The notes under the pieces are model-generated. The model ran no database searches. It was not told where the DNA came from and saw only the letters and a list, made by a program, of their open reading frames with translations. From assembly GCA_964016885.1 (NCBI GenBank), contig OZ024740.1, positions 67,022,001 to 67,086,000 of the forward strand: a stretch of 64,000 nucleotides of DNA, given 5' to 3'. Shown in pieces: positions 41,750 to 53,816 of the stretch; positions within the stretch are counted from its first letter, which is position 1, and the number at the start of each line of letters is the position of its first letter. Both the position numbers and the translations under genes were made by a program. Origin of the DNA: Eledone cirrhosa. Lineage: Eukaryota.

Positions 41750-43080
41750 TTCTTATATCTGTTAGTTGAATCTCATTTATTGTCATTTTTTTTTTCTTTC
41801 TACTATTTTTATTCCCCCGCGGTATTTATGTCTAATTCTTGATAATAGCCATTCATGTAATTCCTCATGTTTACCTTCATCTATCCCCATTCATTTTGCC
41901 TTCTAGTATCATTATATTTAAATAATAGTGTCCAAATTATTCTAGTTTTCTATTTTTTTACGTTCTTATAAAGGTTTTGCTGTTTTTGCCATACTTAATA
42001 TCCCACCATTCATCTTGTGTTTTGATCCTGATATTTTCAAAAGCCTTCTATATAGTCATATGTCAAAGGCGTGTAATCTATTTGGAAATACTTTTGTTAA
42101 TGTCCATTCTTCAAAACCATATCGAAGATTGGATCATATATAACCCCATTTTAATTCCCTCGGTAGAGCGTCAGATACCATGCTTTGCCACATATTTATG
42201 GCTCTTTACGTTATGATTTCAAATCCCACCGAGGTTAACTTTGCCTTTAATCCTTACAGCCTCGATAATATAAAGCACCAGTAACGCACTGTGGTCATTG
42301 CTGGCCTTGTGCCAAAGGTAGAAACAATTATAATTTCCTGGATATTATATTAATGATTATTGATGTTATCTTAATTGACATTTCTCAAATTAATTTGTAG
42401 CTACCGCAATCATTCATTTATTGTCTGCTATTTTTAAATTGCTATATCCTACGTATTGTATTTTTAGTCCCTGTTCAGTCAGCCTTCCCTTAATTGTAAT
42501 ATTCACATTTGCTGACTGTATTTTGTTGATGATTATCATTGATTTTTTTCATACAATTTCATAAGACATTCCTTTGTCAATTACAGTTGTTTCAATGTTC
42601 TATAGGTATTCTGTGTTAAATGTTAACAAGACAGTATTGTCTGCTTATCTAAGGCTGTTGATAATCATATCTCGTTTTTTACTCCGTATCTTATCTTTTA
42701 CTCCTATAGAGGTCTTCTTAGTGTATATATGGTTACATAGGTTTGAGGATAGTACGCAGTCCTGCCTGATCCCTTTCTGATATGTTTTCTCCATTGTATT
42801 CTTATTATTTTATTGTTGTCTTCACATATTCCAACTTTTGATAGATATGCAATCATATTTGCCTGTTTTAATCTGTCAAAATCCATAGTATGGTCTATAA
42901 AGCGTATATATAAATATTTGGATTTATATCTCGCGCTTCTATATTTATGATTTCAGGATACACTAGTTCTAGTATAAAGGCATTTTGAATTTAACGTATT
43001 TATTTATTCTTGTAATTCTTTGTTGGCTGACTTTCGTAGTGGTTTAGTATAACAATGTAATAGGCCTTTAGATTAATACG
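41750..43080 (-). mobile_element. Old degenerate RTE-like LINE RT relic
   Basis: Minus strand gives GIRQDCVLSSNL and INSLR*ADNTVLL (YADD region); interrupted by a SINE at ~42160-42330. Confidence 0.55.
42160..42330 (+). mobile_element. tRNA-derived SINE
   Basis: TTCAAATCCCACCGAGGTTAACTTTGCCTTT ... GGCCTTGTGCCAAAGGTAGAAACAATTA. Confidence 0.75.
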
Positions 43081-43189
43081 GTGCACTATTGAGGTTTTGG
43101 TTTCCTTTGTTATGAAACAAATGATAGATTCATGCATTACAGTTGATATGGATCCACTCCACTATATTATATTACATAAGTATGTTATT

Positions 43190-43345
43190 AGGTGGCAAAT
43201 TGGCAAAGTATTTGAAATGTTGGGTAGAACCATTTACAGTATTGAATTCTGCTCACAACACCCTATGTGCAAAACCCGTCTATGTCAACTTTGCCTTTCA
43301 TCCTTTCGAGATCGATTTAAAAAGTACCACTTCAGTACTGGGGTC
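43190..43345 (+). mobile_element. Degenerate SINE
   Basis: CAACTTTGCCTTTCATCCTTTCGAGATCGAT...AAGTACCA core. Confidence 0.55.
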
Positions 43346-44378
43346 GGCTTTCATCTATATTCATTTCTCACTCTCTTTCATTACTTCCCATTCCCTCTCT
43401 GGGAGGAATTGGCTGTGTTCATACCTGGAAAAAGGATGAGCTACGTCAAGTTCAAGCAAATGTGCTCTGTGTCAAAAATGGCGCCCCTATGATTTCATTA
43501 GACACGTCTGTTATTAGAGCTAGGTTGTGATAATCTAATACTGCTGTTTGTATTTCACCTACTTCAGTTGGTTTTATATCATTCATTAACTTTATTGCGT
43601 TTTCTACTTCTCTCAATATTATATTTGCATTAGCAGCTTTGAACTTACAAGTTGGTCGTCTTTTCTCTTTCCTGCATTTTTTTATATCTGTTCAAATCAT
43701 GTGAAAGTAATATGCTCATGATCAAACAGTATGCTTTCGTTTTTGTATTTAATATTAACAGACTGGTTACTTTTTGTAAAACGTTTGCTATTTTGCTATT
43801 TATTTTATCATAAATTTCTATATATGCTGCTTATTAAGGTTTTCATCTTCTTGGCGTTCTTCGATGCTGCGATGTTGATTTTGAATATTTTCTTTCCTAT
43901 ATTCAGAACAGTTATTTTAAATTATTATTTATTGTGTTATATCTATGATTGTCTTTATCTCAGTATTACTTTCTTTCTGTCATAGAATGTTAATATATAG
44001 GACTATTGCACCATATAAAAAACAAACGGATGTTCAAAAGCATTCATTTGCTTTTCATTTCTTTATTTTTTCCTTTCAAGCAGTGAAAACTGCATGCAAG
44101 GATCTTATTGTGTTCCATATCTCTTCTATTTGCTCTTTATCATATATTTCTTCATTGTGTACATTCGTATTTTTTGTGTATGTCCACATCATATCTGCTA
44201 TATGCTGTTTATATTTAGCAAGTATAAGTTTATGCGTTTTCCTACTTAAACCATTTTCATTTTTTAAGTGTGATTTGTAAATTTAATAATCAGTGGATTA
44301 TGATCTGAACCCATACATGCTCCGAGACGTTTTTGTTTATGATTCACACAGTTTATAGACCATTAATTTAACATTATA

Positions 44379-44669
44379 GGGCGGTGGATAGGCAGTATCT
44401 GTAGAGGGTCGGACGCCATGCTTTCCAGCATAGTTACGTCCCTTTACGATCTGAGTTCAAATCCCGCCGAGGTTGACTTTGCCTTCCATCCTTACGGGGT
44501 CGATAAAATAAAGTACCAGTAATGCACTGGATAATTGCTGGCCTTGTGCCTAAAGTAGAAACAATTAATTTAACATTATAACATTTGCCTTTCATCCTTA
44601 CGGGGTCGATAAAATAAAGTACCAGTAATGTACTGGGTAATTGCTGGCCTTGTGCCAAAAGAAGAAAAT
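44379..44669 (+). mobile_element. Full SINE (44379-44563) plus 5'-truncated SINE (44581-44669) in tandem
   Basis: A/B-box head and family core; 17-mer ATTAATTTAACATTATA at 44362, 44564 and 44670. Confidence 0.85.
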
Positions 44670-45619
44670 ATTAATTTAACATTATATAGTCTATCTGATT
44701 TATTGTTTTGTGGGCTGCAATCTTGCTGGAATAGAGCATCGGTTTCAGTAATTGATAAATATATATTTTAATAAGTATTTTAACAAGTATTGTGTTAAAA
44801 ATCAATGAAATGGAAGCAATCGAACAGCGTTGAATATCTAACCGTTGTTTTCTTTTTCCGTTTGCTAATGCTACTGTTGTTGATGTAATAATATTTGTTA
44901 TGGCTGCCCCAGTCTGCTCCCACTGCATAATCTAAACCCAGACGGGAATGATTATACTTTGGATCAAATATGTTCTAGCCAAAATGATTCTGCTTTTCTA
45001 CTAGTTATTGTCTATCAAGGACTACATTATCCAATATGTTCTCCCATTTTTCAAAATATTAGGGTGTAACTTAATGGATTTTAGGTTGTTCTGTCTAGCA
45101 ATTCATTTGTCCATGTCGAAGCCTCTTTCTTTATTCGAAACATTTGAATTCTCTTCTCCACATTCAAAATCGAAAACTCAAAGGGGCATATTTTTCATTT
45201 TACACAACCAGATCGCGAAAATAATACCAGACTTATACACAGTGTAAATGTACATAAATACTCTCCAAAACCCACATTTCCTTAAAATGTTGTGTCTTAC
45301 GAGAGGGAGGATGAGTACAATCTAATAAATTTATATACCGTTTTCAAAGCTCTGGTGAGAAGACAGGGTGCAGGCATCGCAACTCAAAGATGTTTTCAAA
45401 ATGAAGCAGTAAACCTGTTATATACATAGAGTATATTTTAATATAAATGATTGTTAAAGCGTAATGATTATTGTTATTATATAATTTAATCCACTTCATC
45501 AGCCATGAAACGTCAACTATAATATTACTTTATATGCAAACGTGATGAAAAGAACATCCCATTATACTCCGACGAAAATATACCAATCGAAATATATAAA
45601 CATACATACATGATGGTAG

Positions 45620-47165
45620 CCACCTCGCGCTCGAAGATAAACTTCGCCTGAAATATTAAAACAATCTTCTGCATGTGTGTAGCACGGATGTGACCTTTTC
45701 AGCCAGAAAGATTCTTACATTATCAGGCAAAGACATTAATGATATGGCCTTCAGCAACAAGAATTGTTGGCTGGTTGCCATGTATGTTCATGTAATATCT
45801 CAGGTCTCCAGCTGATTTGCAGACTTTACCGCACTGATGGCAAATTGTTATACTTATGCACCAATGTAGTCTGAAGCAACGTTTATACGTGATTCCTTTT
45901 GTGACTCTTTAATGCAGCTTTGCTGAGGCTGGCTCACCCACATTCTACGCATGCCAGTCCTTCATTTTTTCCCATGCTTCTTGGCAATTTCACTTCCACG
46001 CCCTTCCTCAGATAAACCTTTTAACGTTTCATAATTGTTGCGGGTCGTTTCAAAATGTACTTTGCCTTCATATATAGCTTCCCTCCACAGAGCCTGATAA
46101 TTGGCATGAACGTTTGCCATCCTTTAGTTCACCATAAAAGATGTTTGGGGTAACCTACAGTCTTCCATTTTCACGACATTCCCCACCAATGGAAGATGGT
46201 GCTGCAAAATAATCAACTTAATACTCTGATAGTGACTTCCTCCAGGGACATCAAGATCCCTTATATACATTCTATAGTGTAGATCCAAGTTTCGAAGAAG
46301 GCACTTCTGGTGAAAATATTCTCGCTGTTTTAGATGCTTCCGGTAAGTAACCCAATACTCACACCATGCAGTTGAGATAACAATATACATATCACATAGA
46401 CCTGAACTCTAGTAAAAATAGAGAAACCTCTCCAGGGCCATAGTCGCTTTTCCAACTTTCCGAGGGCAACACTAATTTTGTTGATTGTTTGTGATATTTC
46501 ATTGTCAAAGCTGCACAATACACTTAAAGTACTGCCGAGGTATATAAACCTGACCACCAACAGGAGTTTCTGTTCATGCACTGTGTACAGAAATTGTCTC
46601 AACAATGAGTGCAACAAAGTATCTTATGTAGAAAAGCTTCGTAGATGTACAAAACCTGTGGAATCTCCCATGTCGACAGTATTTAATACCATTAAAAATA
46701 CTATTGCAAAGTAAAGTGAAAACCGTTGACCTTGTTTGATACCATTTCTTAAGCAATAAGTTCTGATACATTTGCACCAATATTCACCCAGGCTTCCAGG
46801 AATTTGACGCAGGATTGCCAAAAATTTGTTCGGGCAGATAATCTTTCCACGTATTTTTTAAAAGAGATTCTGTATTAACTGTGTCAAATGCTTTTATTTA
46901 GTCAATAAACACTTGAAACAGATCTACTCTTGCTCCATAGACTTTTCCTAAAGATGTCTAGCAGAAAATATCATGCCCACTGTGGTTCTGCATGTCTAAA
47001 ATTACATGGAGATTCTGGAAGAACATCGTCAGTAGTTTGCGACATATATCTGTGAAGCATAAGCCTGCACAGAACCTTTCCAGGCACTGACAGCAGCGCT
47101 ATTCCACTACAGTTGCTACAGTCAACCTTTCCAGCCATTCCCTTCAATACATGGACACTGGACAA
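45620..47165 (-). mobile_element. Degenerate RTE-clade (BovB-like) LINE RT region
   Basis: CSNCSGIALLSVPGKVLCR..LPESPCNFR; KAFDTVN; GIKQG; FIYLGSTLS...ALGKLEKRLW; FHQKCLLRNL...LVGNVVKMEDCRLP. Confidence 0.8.
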
Positions 47166-47518
47166 GTTTTACCACATAAAAATGTGTGTTGGGTGGGGGC
47201 AAGTCTGTGTATGTGTTTATATATATGTGTATATACATCGTGTTTATTTCGGCTCTGGGCGCAAATTGTCTAATATAGCAACTTAATTTGGCTGGGATTT
47301 GGGATCAGTTTTCCTTTAGCGTAATATTTAGGGTGGTCACACAGTATTCGAGAGACACAGAGTTCGATTCTCTATAGCGGCTACTGACAACTTTTTCCCG
47401 CATGTGAAAGTATTTTCTCGAATTTTAAAGTTATTATTTAGTGATCGACTGGGGTTACAATTATTATACATTTGTGATTCATACATTTTCAACCACCCAG
47501 TGATTCTATTATTCCTAC

Positions 47519-47549
<31 letters not shown>

Positions 47550-47551
<2 letters not shown>

Positions 47552-47752
47552 CAAAGAAGGTGTGTTTAAGATACCAGGTGGACCATAACGCACCAGAGTA
47601 CTCGAAACTTAGGTTAGTACAGTGGGTAATAGGAAAAGAGTCAGGACCCCGACGGCTGGGCTCCGGCCGTTTCTACAGCTAGATGCGAAATATTCCGATC
47701 TAGCTGCCAAAACGGCCGGAGCTTAGCCGTCGGGGTCCTGACTGCTTTCCTA
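47550..47752. mobile_element. Short TA-embedded repeat with ~60-bp-arm terminal hairpin
   Basis: Family body 47575-47628 followed by palindrome 47630-47752. Confidence 0.75.
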
Positions 47753-48370
47753 TATATATATATATATCCAAAAGAAACAGAGGCAACCGAAAATCGGAGA
47801 TTTCCATAGTTCCACCGTTCCATCGTTTCATCTCCTCAGTCAACCTTTACAGTCAATCATTACAGTTTCGGTGCCCATAGGTCGATATTATTCACTCCAG
47901 AATACTTTGGGACGTAATGAAACAGTTAGAGACAACGGCATGACACGTTATGCCATTCAGTGAATTACACAAAAAAAAAACGAAAAAGTATCACAAGTGT
48001 GTTAGGTGATAAAGAAAAGAGAGAATGGTGTGTTAGGGCTTAGGCAAAGGATAAAAAAATATAGAAAGAAGAGAAATAGAAGAACAGGAAAGAATAATAT
48101 GGCCTGCAGTCCAACATGCTGACAAAGAAGAATGACACTGAGGCATAGAAAAGGTAAGAAGGGAGAATAAACGAAGACTGACCGGAGGATGTGGCGTCTA
48201 TTATAAGATAGCTTTAAAGGAAAGCCCACATGGGTAGAATATAAATCCAAAGAGGCGGGTGCAGAGGACAAAGACAATGGAAAAAACAACGTAAAAATGG
48301 TCAATTCCATCTGATTTATATACACACACACAAACATACATGCATACATACATGAATTCATACATACATA

Positions 48371-49552
48371 CATGATGGCTGCCAACTCGTTTTCGAGTAC
48401 CGCCACTACTTTATATACATGTAGGAGAACCCCTACTGATGCACTGAACGAGTGTGACTTTTTAGTCCAGCCAGCGACTAGAAAACTCTGGTACAAACAC
48501 TACACTTGTGACAATTACTGACACATAGTGCTGGGCCCATGGTACCATGTGATGACAAGTGTAGAGAGATCTCCAGATATAAAGCAATACCTGTGCCGTG
48601 AAGCTTTTATAGTGAGCAAAGGCACTGCACAAAGCCAGTCCCACTCTCTTAACCAAGATGATATTTACCAAAAAGAAGAACAAGTCAACATCATTGGATA
48701 CCATCAGGGTTGCAGTTGTTATATCAGAGTTTTCCTTCTCCTAGAATTCTGCCTTGACAAAGGCTAAGGGGTCATCTCTCCCGGTGATTTTGGATGGCCA
48801 TTGACCCTTAAGAGCTCCTTTGTCTTTGACAGGTTTTGTTTTTAGTGCTGCAGGATGTCCAAAGTCACCCTCCTCTCCAAGAAACCTTGGTGGGGTTGCC
48901 AGTTTAGTCGCCAACGACCCGACCATGAGACAGGTTGTACTGGGATACATGTTACCAGTAGCACCAACTGGTGACCTGACATAACATACATACATACATA
49001 CTTACATACATACATACATGATGGCTGCCCCCTCGTTATCGAGTATGGCCATTGCATGATGTACCATTATTAATAATTATTAATTAATTCTATTGTGCAA
49101 TGCCTGTGCGTGAACATATTTTTTAAAGTGAGGAAAGACTGTGCACTGAGCCAATCCCATTCTCTGAGCGACAGTAGCTATAACCCGAAAAAAGAAAAGA
49201 TCAACATCATCGGTAACTACTGAGCCGCAGGTTTTATATCGGAGATATCCTAGTTTCCTGAGTTACCTTCTCCTAGAAGAATGCCCTGACAAGGATTGGG
49301 GTCCTTCACTCCCAGTGGATTAACCGCGCGGTACATGTGTATTTACATATTTATACACTTTTGGATGGCCGTTGACTCTTATGAGTTCTTCCACCCTTTG
49401 TTAGGTTTTGTTTTTTCTCCTCCAGGGTGTCCAAAATCACCCTCCTCACCAAGTAAACTTGGTGGGGTTGCCGGTTTAGTCGCCGACGTTCCGACCATGC
49501 GACAAGTTGTACTGAGTTACATGTTACCAGTAGCACTCGAGAGTGACCCGAC
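48371..49552. repeat. Diverged head-to-tail dimer of a ~550-600-bp interspersed repeat separated and flanked by (CATA)n
   Basis: Both units start CATGATGGCTGCC..CTCGTT..CGAGTA and end ...TACATGTTACCAGTAGCAC...GTGACC.GAC. Confidence 0.75.
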
Positions 49553-49594
49553 AATACATACATACATACATACATACATACATACATACATACA

Positions 49595-49624
<30 letters not shown>

Positions 49625-49627
<3 letters not shown>

Positions 49628-50570
49628 CAGTAACCTCGTGCCGCGTCCTCGTCAGCAGGTTTCTCCAAAACACAATAGAACCCTCTGTGATCGGGGAACG
49701 TGAGGGCGCCTGTGAGACGTAGGACCGACGGGGACTTAGCCCAGTAGACGTCCCTCTTTCTTCTCCTCCTGCTGACGTCAAGTCCCCCCCTCCCCAAAGC
49801 AATTGGGATGCCACCCAGTGCAGCCTGGTCTCAGACAGGCTCACTCGCCAGCTCGACCAGCACCACCATGCCTGTTTTCGCGCGGCCTCCAAACCCCACA
49901 GTGGTGCCTGGCTCCATGCTTTGCCCTCATTCTCCACTGGCACGCAGCTGGATAACGATAGCCTACGTATCGGCGTTTCCTTGAGGCATGGGCTCCAGAT
50001 CTGCGAGCCACATGAATGTCGCTGTTGACCCACCGTGGACTCTTTCGGCCTCCACCTGCTTTCCTGTCGTCACAGTGCCGGCCGCCTCCCCGTCATGCTG
50101 CACGGAACGAGGTCATAAAGCATGGCTTGGACGCTGCAGCCCCCCCCCCCCCCCCTCCTCAGCTTGAGCCGGTGGGGCTGGAGTGAGGGGACGGCAAAAA
50201 GCCAGACGGCATGATCATCTTCCCGTTCCCCGGTGGCAAACCCCTCGTCTGGGATGCCACTTGCCGCGACACTTTCTCCAGCTGCAACCTGGGACAGTCT
50301 GCATCTAACCCAGGTTCTGCTGCACGTTGGGCTGAAGAAGCCTAACACTCCAAGTACCGGTCGCTCTCCGACAGGCTTGCGGTCGTGCCCTTGGCTGTGG
50401 AGATTTCTGGTGTCCTTGGCCCTAGGGCTACCTCCCTATCACCACCATAGGCGCTGAGCTGGCCAGCCGCAGGTGTGAGCCTCGCGAGTTGGAATGGCTC
50501 TTCCAGCGCATATCTCTTACCATCCTCCGGGAAAACGCCTTCTTCATTTTGTTCGCGGGGGCTGTTCGGA
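49625..50570 (+). mobile_element. CRE-like retrotransposon 3' fragment
   Basis: Close nucleotide match to 16668-17600 (knuckle + RLE), frameshifted; begins directly after (CATA)n. Confidence 0.85.
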
Positions 50571-51499
50571 GGCCAGCACGTGGGACCCAATTTGCTCACC
50601 ATACGGAGAGATGGAGAGGGCGAGAGAGATAGAGTCGATGACAGTGGGAGTTCGGCCCTTCCGCGTTCGGACCATATCCTTGTTGTTGTATTTATAAGCA
50701 AGCGTTTCTTTATTTACGTTGTTATTTTCCAATAACTTGAAATGATATACCGATAAAAAAATATATGGAATTCATGATAATAACTACTGTGGGACTACAT
50801 AAATATCTAATGAAGAACAAAGGAAAGTTTATAAAAATACCTACTAAACAGGAATAAAACAAACCATTTTATTAGTTTTCAATGAGACCAACAAGTTTAA
50901 AGCAGAAACCAGATTATCATAAAAATATGCGGAAAATGAAAACAAACAAGAAACAACAAGAGAAATTGTGAAAAACTTAAAATCTAAACTGAAAACAAAC
51001 CTCCAAAATGCGTGATAATACGATGGCATAAAAAAGAAACAACTCTTAAATGGTCAATACTTGAAAAGCACAACAATCTCTAGCACCCTCACCTCCAACA
51101 TCAATCTGCCTGCCACCTCCACCACTATTCTTACCACAGAAGCAGTTAAAAAAATACTTTTACTACACCTCTTACAACTGCATCCGCAACAAAAACACCA
51201 CCTCAATCAACAACAGCAATGGCCACACCTATACTGTCATAATAATTGTAATGGTTTCATTGCTGGCCAACCGGAGCTCTACCTAAATAGCCGGGCAAAA
51301 TTCGATGGACTTCCAAACCTGTGCGTAATACAAGCATGAATTGCGGGAAAAATAAAAATTAAAGCTGCACACCAAATCGTTTGTCCTATGGTTAATCAGA
51401 AAGCACGTACCTCGGGAAGGTGCCAACCTGAGGTCGAAAAGTCTTCCTCGGGCACAAACTCTTCTCCGAATATGGACCTCGATGGTCACTTGAACGGGA

Positions 51500-53160
51500 A
51501 CTGCTCCAACTCGAACCCGAAAAAATGTAAATATATGAAAGAGAGTTTCGAAGAGTATAAAGTAATAATATACGTATACTACTATGCATTAGGTATGCCA
51601 TCACAAGAGCGACACACTGCAAACTCTTACAAAGTATTGACAACAGAAAATTAAGCTAGCAGACGTTATCTGGATGAAAACACGTTAGAAAATGTTAGGT
51701 GAGATATCCTCAGAAATAATAGATGCGCATGTACTGAAATAACTACGACCAAGCATGCTGTGGAAAATGGCACACATATAAGACATGAAAGAATTGAAAA
51801 TCTCCAGGAGAGAGTAACCAGTCAGAAGTTCTAATCGAAAGTCTGACATCTGACAAATCATGAATTGGTTTGTAAAAATAAGAATGTCTAATGAACCTGA
51901 AGAAAATAGCCAGGAAAGAGGCATAAAAGCAGAACTTGAAGACCAAACATTTGCTGAAGAACAGAGAGAGTCTATGAAGGAATTGAAACAGAAAATACCA
52001 AACGAGTTCACAGCTGTTAGGTATACTAGTATAACTGATAGAGAACCACTTCTAAATCTCTCAAATACAAACCAAAATAAAAAACAAATAATGAGTGGAA
52101 AATATGTAAAAAAAGAACTAGAACATCAGATTACTGAGTTAAATAAAATCATTTCCGCATCTGCTAGTGTAATTGAAACAAGTTCTTTACTACCAAAAAA
52201 GCAAAGAAATTCAATCTTGTGAAGAAGACCAATATGAGAGGAAAAGTATCTTTACTGAATAAGCTAATCTCTGAAAGGTGTATAAGATCCAGGAGTAGGT
52301 GAAAGAGAAAATCTGAACTGTCATCTAGATAAGTACTAATATCAAGAAAAGAAACTCTGAAACTAGAAGTCCAAATAAAAGTCAAAGAATACGTAGATTC
52401 GAGAAGCGAAAGAACATCTACAGGCAAAATAATGTGTTCACATCCAATGCCAAGTCATTCTAAAAAGAAATAGGGAAGCAGAAAATAATCTTTCAAGATC
52501 CTCCTTCCGTGGAAGAAGTTGAAACTGTTTGGAGAAAGTTTTGAAGTGAAGATAAGTCATATAATGCTAATGTAGATTGAATTAGACGCCAAATTGACAA
52601 GAACACAAATGGGAAGACATCTCAATAGCAGATTTAAGAATGGCACCCAATAAAGCTCACAAGTGGAAATCTCCTGGTAGAGATAGGGTGCCAAATTCTG
52701 TGCTTTGCTAGCTCCTGTGCACACACAAAATAGTAGTCAAGTTGTTCAATGAAATTATGGAAGATCAAAAGAAAAACCCTGACTGGATAGCAAGTGGCAT
52801 TACTTACCTTCTCCCAAAGAATAATGAAACCAAATATTCAAAAACTAGTGGCCTATAAACTAGTTATCCACCGCTTATAAAATCTTAACATCTATTCTCA
52901 TTGAGAAAGCATATATATTTATGTAGGAGATTACTTTTTATACCATTGAACAAAAATGGTACCGTCGAGTTTCATATACTTGTAAAGATCAACTCTTGAT
53001 TAATCGTTTGATCCCTGAGGACTGTTATAATAAGCACAGAAATGTGAGTACTACATGAATCAATTACAAAACATCTTTTGACAGTATACCGCACTCATGG
53101 ATTTTGAAATCAATGGACATCTTCAAAATCTCACCTGTAATTTCAAACTTGCTGAAACAT
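51500..53160 (+). mobile_element. Degenerate R4/Dong-like non-LTR retrotransposon (N-terminal region + first part of RT)
   Basis: WKSPGRDRVPN; PDWIASGITYLLPK; YKILTSIL; CKDQLLINR; NYKTSFDSIPHSWI, with many stops. Confidence 0.7.
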
Positions 53161-53745
53161 CTAGCGTCAATTAACCATCCTCCAGTTGCACATAGTATAT
53201 CCTTTAGACTACACTAGAAACATTTAAGGAGCATGCAGACTATGACAACACCGCATTACGTAGGGTAGGTCACAAAGAGGGGATCAAATACATGCATGAT
53301 AGCGACCGTAACAATCATACACATAGCGACAACTATGATGGAAAGTCATTACTAAGTCTAAACCATGCGGAAATGGAAATCCGTCTTGTGGGCAGTGCAT
53401 TTAAGAAAGAATCAACATTCTGAAAATTTGCGTAATAGCGTTTATCTAAATTCAATAAATCACCTTTTTCGCGTTGTCCACAGGTCTGGAAAGGCCTATT
53501 ACGTAATTAAAAAGCTCCAGATTGACTAACGTGAACAATATAATATTCGGGACTGAATAACATGAATAATCTATTATTCTTCCCTCGCACCAAGTATCGT
53601 GGGTTTACCTCCCCTTGGGAGGTAAACCCTGTTTCTGCACATGAATAGTCGTACAGTTATTTTTCCCTTTTCTGTACAACCTCATTTAAACAGAGCTGAT
53701 GATGCGAATAAGGTGAAATAATTGTTCTCGGTAATGGTGAATTTA

Positions 53746-53816
<71 letters not shown>

